Source: an uncultured virus (IMG/VR IMGVR_UViG_3300021089_000003) (lineage: Duplodnaviria > Heunggongvirae > Uroviricota > Caudoviricetes). Taken from it: a stretch of 64,000 nt of DNA. Below are positions 17,349-29,300 of the stretch, in pieces. Made by a program: the position numbers and the translations under genes. The DNA lies in the IMG/VR virus record IMGVR_UViG_3300021089_000003; one strand, 5' to 3'. Position 1 is the first letter of the stretch. Every line of letters starts with the position of its first letter. The notes under the pieces were generated by a model, which saw only the letters and a program-made list of their open reading frames with translations, made no database searches and was not told the origin of the DNA.

Positions 17349-20300
17349 TGGCATACGACAAAGATCAAAAAGAATTTCCATTACCTACAGGAGATGAAAC
17401 AAACTCTCAACGTAAGACGTCTGAGTTTTTGCCTAAATATTTTAGAACACCTGTAAATGAAAAATTCCTTCATAGTACTTTAGATCAATTATTATCCCCC
17501 GGGTCGGTACAAAAGTTAACTGCTTTTTATGGTAGAAAGACTAGTAAAGCACATACTACTAGTGATGTTTATGTACCTGAAGTATCAACGGACAGAGAAA
17601 ATTATAAATTAGAACCTGCTACAATAATTAAAGATGATTTAGAACAAACAGTTTTTTATAAAGATTATATTGACTATATTAATCAAGTTAAAGCATTAGG
17701 CGGTAATATTGATGATCATAGTATTCTTAATAAACAAGAATTTTATGCTTGGTCTCCTCATATAGATTGGGATAAGTTTTATAATTTTAGAGAATACTAT
17801 TGGATGCCTTATGGTCCATTAACTGTTTCAATTGCTGGACAACAACAAAATATTACAAGTACCTATACTGTAGAAGTTAAAAATAATGTAGACAGCTATG
17901 CGTATTTGTTTACCCCTGATGGATTAACTCAAAATCCAAATTTAAAATTATATAGAGGTCAAACTTATATTTTTGATATATCTACAGCAGGTTTACCTTT
18001 TACAATTAAAACTGTTAGATCATTAAGTGATGATCATCTTTATACTAATGGCGTTTCAGCACAAAAAATAGAATCGGGTCTTGTTGCTTTTCAAGTTCCA
18101 GAATCAGCACCAGACTTATTATATTATGGTGCAAGTAATGATATTAATGTATTTGGTGAATTAAGAATTTACAATATAAGTGAAAATACTTACATAAATG
18201 TAGAAAAAGATGTTATAGGTAAAAAAACTTATACTCTTAATGATGGAACAGAACTTTCAAATGGAATGAAAGTTAATTTTACTGGTAATGTAACACCTAC
18301 AAAATATGCAACAGACGATTGGTATGTAGAAGGAGTAGGTACTGCTATTCAATTAATAAATGAAAAAGATTTAGAAATTACAAGCATTTATTCTAAAACT
18401 TTTGAAGTTCCTTTTGATACACAAAACTTTGATAGAGTAGGTTTTGGAACAGCTACAACTTATGCAATTACAAAAGATTATGTTGTAATTAATAAAGGAT
18501 CTTTAGATAAAAATCCCTGGTCACGTTATAATAGATGGACCCATAAATCAGTAATAGAAGAAAGTGCAAAAGTTAATGGAGAAATTCCTACATTTGATGA
18601 AAGTTTAAGAGCTAAACGTCCTATTATAGAGTTTGAAGCAGGATTAAAATTACACCAATATGGAACTAAAGCTAAAGATAGTATTGATTTAATTGATACA
18701 GCAACAACTGACGTAATGTCAACTATAGAAGGTTCTACTGGATATTATGCAGATGGCGTTTTGCTTGTAGATGGTATGAGAGTATTGTTTACTGCTGATA
18801 CAGATATAACTGTTAATAATAAAATTTATACTGTAAAAATTATAACTATAACTTCGAATGGCGTTGCCACAAAACAAATTGCTCTTCAAGAAGCCACAGA
18901 TACTACACCAACTACAAATGATGTTGTGTTAATTAAAAATGGAACAACAAACATTGGTAAAATGTATTATTATGATGGTTCAAAATGGAAAATAACACAA
19001 TCAAAAACTAAAGTAAATCAATCTCCATTATTTGATTTATTTGATGACAATGGTATTAGTTATTCAGATACAACTACATATTCAAGTACTAATTTTGTAG
19101 GAAATAAAATTTTTAGTTATAAAGAAGGAACTGGAACTAATGATACAGAACTAGGATTTCCATTAACATATCAAAGTGTTACTAATATGGGAGATATTGT
19201 TTTTAATTTTAATTTAATAAATGAAACATTTTCTTATCAATTAGTAGATGAATTAACAACGGTTAATACTAATTCAGGTTTATTAAGAAAATATTCTAAT
19301 TTAACTATTTTCGAAGTTGTATCTGGTTGGGAAACTGCTGACGTTAAAATTAGTCAAAAAGTTATTAGACAATATGATGTGTCTACGCAAGTAAATGATT
19401 TTGCAGTAGATGTGTATGAAAGAAGTGGAGATCTAAATGATTTAGATGTTAAAGTTTTTGTTAATCATAAAATTAAAAAAGTAACAACTGATTATGCTAT
19501 TAATAGAATTAATGGTATTGCATATATTAGATTTACAAAAGATTTAACAGCAGGTGATATAGTTATTTTAAGAACTAAAAGTGCTACAAAGAAAAATACA
19601 AATGGATATTATGAATTTCCTAAAAATTTAGAATCTAACCCATTAAACAACAAAATATCTACATTTACACTTGGACAAGTAGGCGACCATGTTAATTCTA
19701 TTGTGGAAGAAGTCCCGGGATTTGAAGGAACTTCACCAGGTGGCAATAATTTAAGAGACTTGGGTAATATTTCTAAGTATGGTAGAAAATTTTTACAACA
19801 TTCAGGATTAACAAATCTTGCTATATATCATCTTTGCAATAAAGAAACTAACATAATTAAATCAATAAGATATTCTCAAAATGAATACAGTAAATTTAAA
19901 AGACAATTTTTAGAACAAGCTAAAGATTTAGGAATGGACGGAACACCAGCTAATATGGTTGACGAAGTTCTACGAAGAATTAATAAAGATAAAAATAAAA
20001 GTATGCCTTTTTATTTTACTGATATGTTAGGATCAGGTGGTTCTAAAAAAATATCAATTACAGTAGGAGATCCAGGCAATCCATATTACGCATTAACAAA
20101 TGTATTTTCATTAAGTGAATTAAGTGATAAGTCTGTATTAGTTTATAAAAATGATATACAGTTATTGCATGGTGCTGATTATGTGTTTAACAGTGAAGGT
20201 TTCATTCAAATAAAAACAACTTTACTAAAAGATGATAAACTTATTATTGTAGAATATGATACAACAAACGGATCATATATTCCTGCAACCCCATCTAAAT

Positions 20301-23300
20301 TAGGTTTATATCCTAAAACTATGCCGGCAATATATGCTGACACTACAGTTGTTACACCAGCGGCAGGAATGAATGTAATTCAAGGACATGATGGTAGTAT
20401 AGAAGTAGCTTTCAATGATTATAGAGATGATATAATATTAGAATTAGAAAAACGAATCTATAATAATATTAAAGTTGCTTATGATGAAGAAATATTTGAT
20501 ATTCATGATTTTATTCCAGGACATTATAGAAAAACAGATTATTCTTTAGATGCTATTAATAAATCTTTATTAACAGATTTTACTAATTGGTTATCTTATA
20601 CAGGCAATATTGATTATACAGAAAACACATATCAAACAACATATGGTAGTGATCCATTTGTTTTTAATTATGGAAATATGTCTAGCCATGATAAAAAACC
20701 ATTATTAGGTTGGTGGAGAGGCGTTTATAAACAAGCATATGATACAGATAGACCACATACCCATCCTTGGGAAATGTTAGGTTTTACAGAAAAACCAACT
20801 TGGTTTGATACTGTTTATGGTGCGGCTCCTTATACTAGTGATAATTTAATTTTGTGGCAAGACTTACAAGATGGAATTATTCGAGAACCTAATAAAAATA
20901 TTGTAATTAAAGAAAATTATAAAAGACCTGATTTACTTAAACATATACCTGTTAATTCTTCAGGACTTTTAGTAAGTCCACACGATAGTAATTTTTCACA
21001 AGAATATGTTGCTCATTTAACTAGAAGTCCATTTAAATTTGGCGACCACGCTCCAGTAGAAAATGCTTGGCGAAGAAGTTCAGATTATCGTTTTGCTGTT
21101 ATAACATCTTGGATGTTAAATCAACCTAGTCATGTTATTACAATTGCTTGGGACAGATCAAGAGTTATAAGAAATACTGCAAAACAACTTGTATATAAAG
21201 ATACAGGATCTAGAATTAAATTAGCTGATCTTAAATTTCCAAATTCTGTAAGTGATGAAAATAAAATTCTTACAGCAGGATTAGTTAATTATATTTACGA
21301 ATACGTAGAAACAGATTTATTAACAAATTACTCTAATTACAGAAATAATGTTAAAAAAATTACTAACCAATTAGCATTTAAAGTTCGGGGTTATACTAAA
21401 AAAGATAAATTTAAATTGTTATTAGATAGTAGAACTCCTTTAAACACTGGTAACGTATTTGTTCCTGAAGAAAATTATAATATAATTCTTAATACAAGTG
21501 CTCCTATAAATGTAGTAACTTATAGTGGATTAATTATAGAAAAATTGGCGTCTGGTTTTACGATTAAAGGTTATGATAGAAATGATCCAACTATAAAATA
21601 TTTTGCTCCTATTAAAAAACAAGCCGACGCTGTTATTAGAATAGGAGGTGTAAGTGCTTCTTTTGTTAATTGGGGAGAAAATAAAAGATATGATATAGGA
21701 ATGATTGCAAAATATGGCGATGATTATTATTCTACAAAAGAACAACATATATCTAGTACAGTATTTGATGGCACAAAATTTATTAAATTACAAGAATTAC
21801 CTATTGAAGGAGGAGCTTCTGCATACTTACGTACTAATTTTGAAAGTACTGCCTCAGAAATCGCATATGGTACTTTGTTTAGAGAAATTCAAGACGTTTT
21901 TGATTTTATTCTTGGTTATGGAAAATATCTTGAATCTTTAGGATTTATATTTGATGAATTTAATAGAGATATTAAAGCAGTTGCTAATTGGCAATTAAGT
22001 GCTAAAGAATTTTTATATTGGACAACACAAGGTTGGGCAGAAGGGTCAGTAATATCTTTAAGTCCATTAGCTAATAAATTAAAATTAAAAACTAGTTATT
22101 GTGTAGGTGATAATGTATTTGATAATTTTTATGATTATACGTTGTTCAAAGAAGATGGAACTAAATTAGATAAAGAATTTGTAAGAGTAGTAAAACAGTA
22201 TAATGATTATGAAATAATAACAAAAAATACTGTTAACGGAATTTATTATGCTAAAATTCCATTAGTACAAAAAGAACACGTAGTTGTAATAGATAATAAA
22301 ACAATATTCAGTGATATAATTTATGATATAGAATCTGGATATAGACAAGATAGATTAAAAGTTCTTGGCTATGTTACAGCAGACTGGACAGGTGGATTAA
22401 ACGTTCCAGGATTCATTTATGATCAAGCTAATGTGATTGAATGGTCACCTTATACTGATTATGTAATGAGTGATATTATAAAACATAAAGAATTTTATTA
22501 TACTGCTAAAAGTAAAATAAAAGGTAGTTCAACGTTTACTGATTCAGATTGGGATAAATTAGATGGCAAACCTGTACCTGATTTATTTCCTAACTTTGAA
22601 TATAAAACTAATCAATTTGCAGACTTTTTTGATTTAGATACAGATAATTTTGATTCTACTCAACAAAGAATGGCTCAACATTTAATAGGTTATCAAAAAA
22701 GACCTTTTTTACAAAATATTATTAATGATGATGTTTCACAATATAAATTTTATCAAGGATACATTCAGGAAAAAGGAACTAAAAATGTATTAACTAAATT
22801 ATTTGATGCATTATCGTCTGCAGATAAAGAAAGTGTAGACTTTTTTGAAGAATGGGCAATTAGAAAAGGACATTATGGTGTAAGTCAAGGATTTGAAGAA
22901 GTTGAATACATATTAGATGAAGGCAAATTTAGATCTAATCCACAACCTTTTGAATTAACAAATACTATAGATCCTTTAGCAACTGATTTAGTTATTAGAC
23001 AGAAAGATAGTGACGTATATCTTAAACCTGAAAATTATACACATAAACCTTTTCCAACAAAATATGAAAGTACTCCATATTTGCCAACTGCTGGATATGT
23101 AGATCCTAGTGACGTTAAATTTATTGTAGCAAAATATGATGACTTATTAAATTTAGATACAACTGTATTAAAACAAGGACATTATATATGGGTAGGAAAT
23201 TATAAAAATGATTGGGAAGTGTTCAAATTTTCCAATACTCAAGCAAAATTAAGTAAAATAGAAAAGTCAGGTGATTTAATTGTAGTTACTACACAAAATA

Positions 23301-26300
23301 CTGCAAATGTAATTGTTGGAGAAATTTTTGCTATACGTGAAGGAACTTCCACATATATTTTAAAAGCAAATAAAGTAGAATTAAATGTAATAACTTGTGA
23401 TGCAAAAACAGGAATACAAGCCAAAGACCCTGCTGTAGGATATGTAAGTCAATTTAAATCATCTAGAATTGCAGGTATTACAGATGTAAATTCAAAAATT
23501 ATTGATGCAGGTTTACAAGATAATGAAAAGTTCTGGGTAGATAAAAACGATAATAATAAATGGTCCGTATTGAATAATAGTTTTGTATACAAAACACATC
23601 AAGAAATTTCTAATCCTAATAATGTAGCAAATACTCAATTTGGTAAAGTATTAGCTAGTAATGATGCAAATAATATTTTAGTTGTTGGTGCACCAAATGA
23701 TTCGGATGGAAGAGTGTTTGTTTATAAAAGAGGAGGAGATAATTCAATTAATAATTTATTTCAAGTTTTAGAAACACCACCACAAGATCCTGCGTTAAAC
23801 AAATTAGACGTATATGATGCAGGTGCAAAATTTGGATCAAGCGTAGCAATAAGTCCAGATGGAAAATATATTATAGTAGGAGCACCGGAAGCCTCTAATG
23901 TTAGAACTTATTATAAAGGAGAGTATGACGTAGCAAATTCATATACAATAGAAGATATTGTAAAATACAAAGAACAATTATGGAAAGTTGTAAATCCGAT
24001 ATTACCTGAAGATCCTTCAGTAGACTTTACAACATTTGACAGTCATACGTTTGCTAAAGAAACAACATATAATTCTATAACAGGAAATTATACACCATTA
24101 ACACAAATAATTTTAGGAAATTATATTTTTACAAATGCTACTACAGATCATTTATTAATTAGAGCATCACTAGATCAATATCAAGGTACAAATATAGGAG
24201 ATAAATTACAATTATCTTGGAATAAATGGAATACTTTTGTTCCACCATCTGGAAGTTCATACGAACCATTTAATGGTTATAATGCTAATGTTACTAACGC
24301 ACTACAAGGTGAACAAACAATTACGCAAAAAGTAGATGAAATATTAAGCATAGATCAAACTCTTAGTGATTTAACAGTAAATGATGTTATTAAGACTGAT
24401 AGTGCAGATGGTACAGTAGCTTGGGTAAACAAAGTAGGTACTCAGTCTTTAATTTATTTGAAAGATGTTAAAGGTAATTTTTCAGCTACAGGAGATTTAT
24501 TATTAGGAACTATAAATGTTGGAACATATCAACGTGTATTTCAAGAAGATATAGATTATTTAGGTGGCTGGTGGAAAATTGATATAGGTACAACAGTTAA
24601 TAATTGGCCTTATGTTTCAGAAACAAATCCATATCTAGTAATATATGATATTATTAGACAAGGAATTAATAGAACAGCATTATCATATTATAATGTTTTA
24701 TCAGGAACTCAAAATGCAGATTTACCGGGTGTTCCAAGAACATCTGAAATGGGTATTTTATCTTATTACAAAACTTATAGTATTGCAGGACAACCTGTCT
24801 TCCAAGGTTTAGTTACTGATCAAAGATTCTTTTTTAGATTAGGTACTGCATTTAATACTAAAGTTGTTGGAAATACTATTAATGGTTGGTTAAACACAAT
24901 AAGAGATTCAAATAATATAGTGTTTGATCCAAGTGTAATGGGATTAAACTTTAGCGATATTAATAAAGAGCTTACAATAAACGGTATTTGGAATGGTTAC
25001 ATAACTGTAGATGCAGAAGCAGATAACTTAGGTAATTTTTATATACCAACAGTAGGTAGTATTGTTAGAGATCAAACTACAATGAAAACTGCTGAAGTTA
25101 CTTTTGTTAAAACAATTGACTTTAATAAAATACAATTATTCTTAAAAGATGCCACAGGTGCTTTCAAAAAAGGATTAGACGCTGGCGAAACAAGTGACAT
25201 TTATTTAATAGGAACTCCAGATAGAAAAATTGGAACTTTAAGAGACGCAAGATTAGATGTTAATGGTCAAAGTGGACCTTATTTTGTATTTGATTCAGGT
25301 AAAACATTAATTTCTACTACTAATACAGATATAGAAGTAAGACATTACGATAAAGAATATTGGTTCTACGATGAACAAATATTAGATGGTATAGCTAGAT
25401 CGGCAAATATTCCTGGAAGTACTAATAAAGATTATCTTCAAGTGTATAATATTTCAGCAGGAGAAGGAGTACAAAGTGGTAATACTAATCAAGGTGCATA
25501 TTCAGTTTATGAAATAGGAACAAATGATTTATTTGCTCATATAGGAACATTTATAGTACCCGATACTAAAAATGATTTAAAAGTAGGTAGTAAAATAGAA
25601 ATAAGAAAAGTAGGAGATGAAACTGTTGCTTATATAGGAGCGTCAGGAAATTTATCATCTACTACTTCTGGAAAAATTTATTTTGTTAAAAGAAGTACTA
25701 CTAAAAATTGGGCACTTTCAACGAATCCTTTGTATATGGGAGAGTTTAATGTAACATTGTCGTATGCTACAGGAGAATATACAATTTATAATTCAGAATT
25801 ATACAAAGCAAAAACAAATCTTGTTGCTGGTGCATGGAATTCAAGTTACTGGGAAAAACAAAGTACAGGTACAGATTATTTAGGATATATTCCTAATGAT
25901 TCAGGAATAACATTAGAAGGAGATTCAACTCTCAATCAAAGTAATTTAGTAATGTTCGGTGATCAATTTGATGTTAATTCTACAGGAACAATTCTTGTAA
26001 CTAATTTATTATACAGCACTGATGCACAAAAAGTTGCTGTATACAGATTACAAGAAGGATATTATTCATATTCACAAACAATTACATCACCTGAGGATTC
26101 ATCTCCTAATATTAATTTTGCAAATAGTGTAGCTATTTCAGAAGATGGAAGTATGCTGTCTATTGGAAGTCCTTTAAAAGATTTTGCTAATGCTGTTGAC
26201 GCCGGAGTAGTTTATACATATTTACAATCAAGTGGTGTTTACACATTAAATCAAAGTTTAAGAAGTCCTGATAGTGAAAATTCAGAAAATTTTGGTTACC

Positions 26301-29300
26301 AATTAGGATTTGATGGAAATACATTGGCAGTTACAAGTCTTAAAGGAGACATAACAATTACTACAGCATTTGATACAACAACTACAATATTTGATACTGG
26401 AGCAACTACATTTTATAAAGTAATGTCTGATAGTGGTGCAGTACATTTATTTGAAAGATCAGGAAATACTTTATTATATGCTGAAAAATTTGTGTACACT
26501 AATGATGGTGCTGTAGAATTCGGACGTAATACATTAATAAATGATAATCATGTTTATATAGGTTTACCTACACTTACATTATCTGATAATAATAAAGGAA
26601 CAGTAGTTGACTTTAGAAAAACTAAAGGCAAATCTAGTTGGATGCAAACAGTAGAAGGTGCTGACCACGTTGAAATTGATAAAATTAAAAGCGTATTCAT
26701 TTATAATAAGGAAACAAATTCTGTTATTTCTAATTTAGATTATATAGATCCTGTATTAGGAAAAATAGCAGGCACAGCCGAACAAGAATTATATTATAAA
26801 ACACATTATGATCCAGCAATTTATAATGTAGGAACTTCAGCTGTAACAATAGATACAAACAATCATTGGGCAGAAGGAGAAGTAGGAAGACTTTGGTGGG
26901 ATTTAAGTACAGTAAGATATTATTATCCTTATCAAGGTAATATTATATTCAATAATAATCATTGGAATAAACAGTTTATTGGTTCATCTGTAGATGTATA
27001 TGAATGGGTAGAGTCAATTTATAAACCTAGTGTCTGGACAGAAATTGCATCTACTAATGAAGGAGACTCTTTAGGAATAAGTGGAACACCTAAGTATGAT
27101 GATACTGTATATGTTACTAGAAATACTTACGACAAAATTGCTCAGACTACAAAACCTAAATATTATTATTGGGTTAAAAATAAACAAAATACACCAGATG
27201 TAGAATTTAGAAGTCTAAGTGCGTTAGCAGTTTCTAAACTTATAGATGATCCTAAAGGACAAGGTTACAAATATATTACATTTTTTGATTCAAATAAATT
27301 TGCGTTAGTTAATTGTGAATCATTATTATCTAATACAGATTCTATTCTTAATGTTCGTTATTGGACAATAGATAATAAAGAACTTAATATTCATAATGAA
27401 TATCAAATTATGACCGAAGGATTATCAACTAGTAAACCTTCTACAGAAATAGAAAAAGTTTGGTATAATAGTTTAATAGGATATGATAAACAAGGAAATA
27501 CTGTACCAGATCCGGGTTTAAGTGATAAACTTAAATATGGAACTTTATATAAACCTAGACAAAGTTGGTTTAAAAATCATCAAGAAGCATTAAAAGAATT
27601 AATAGAAAGAACTAATTCTGTATTGAAACTTAATTTGATTGTGGATGATATAGATTTAACTGATTTATCAAAAGCAGATGTACAACCTACAGCAAATACT
27701 AAACTTTTTGACAAAACTGCAGATGTTGTAGGAGATTTAGCTTTTATAGGAACAAGTACAGTTAAAAAAGCAGAGTTATTACCAACAATTGTAAATGGTA
27801 AAATTACTGGTGTAACTATTCTAAGTAAAGGTAAAGGTTATGTAACTGTACCTACATTAGAAATTTCAGGAAATAGTGGAAGTGGTGCTGTAATAGAATT
27901 AACAATAGATGCTCTAGGACAAGTTGATACTGCAACTGTAAAAATTAACGGTGAAGGATATACATCTAATACAAAAATTATTGTTAGACAATATAGTGTA
28001 CTTGTAAAAAGTGATACAGAACTAGGCGGTAAGTGGGCAATATATGGTTATGATTCAAATTTAAGTTCTTGGAATAGAACATCTTCTCAAAAATACAATG
28101 TTGATCTTTATTGGTCATACATTGATTGGTATGATACAGGATATAATCAATTTACAGCAATAGATTATACTGTTAGTGAATCATATTTGTTAGAATCATT
28201 AGATGATTCAATTGGAGATATTGTAAAAATTGAAAATATAGGTACAGGTGGTTGGCTATTATTAGAAAAAATAGATAACAAACCTAATGTAGATTATACT
28301 GTAAATTATAAAACTATTGGTAGACAAAATGGAACAATTACATTTAAAAATACTTTATATCAATTTGGTTCAAATACTGTAGGTTATGCATCAACTAGTT
28401 ATGATACTGTATTATATGATCGTCAACCTGTTCAAGAAACAAGAATAATATTAGAAACTTTAAGAGATAAAATTTTTATAAATGATTTAGAAATATATTA
28501 TAATGATCTTTTCTTTGCTAGTTTAAGATACGCATTAAGCGAAAATAAATTAACAGATTGGGCATTTAAAACAAGTTTTATCAAAGTAAAACATAATGCA
28601 GGTGATCTTAAACAAAAAGCAACTTATCAAAATGACAATCTTTCCGACTTTGAAGAATATATTAAAGAGGTTAAACCATACAAAACTAATATTAGAGAAT
28701 ATGTAAGTTCTTACGAAAAAGTAATACCATCAAGTTCAGTTATAACTGATTTTGATTTACCGGCTAGATATGATGACGAAAATCAAATAACACCTAGTTC
28801 AGCAAAACTTGTAGGGACTGCTTTAACTGGAACAGATACAATTACAAGTTATCCTGATAAACATTGGTTAGAAAATGTAGGATTTAAGATTATATCATTT
28901 AATATAGGAGATAAAGGTAGTGGTTATATTACTCCACCAATAGTTTCAATAACAGGTGGCGGTGGTTCTGGTGCTACAGCTCAAGCATATATTAGTGGAG
29001 GCAAAGTAACTTCAGTTATAATTCTTAAAGAAGGATTAGGTTATTTAACAGCACCTACAGTAACTTTACAAGGAGGAATTAAAGATGCAACTACAGGAAC
29101 AGTTGCTAAAGTTAGTGCTGTATTAGGTAAGTCTTTAGTTAAAGCAACTCATCTTACTGTTAAATTTGACAGAACATCTGGAACATATTTAATAACATCA
29201 TTAGCAAGAACAGAAACGTTTGCAGGAAATAATTCTGTGTTAGATTATTATTTAAAATGGCCGTTAGATTTAAGAAGAAATACAATCAAAGTAACTGTTA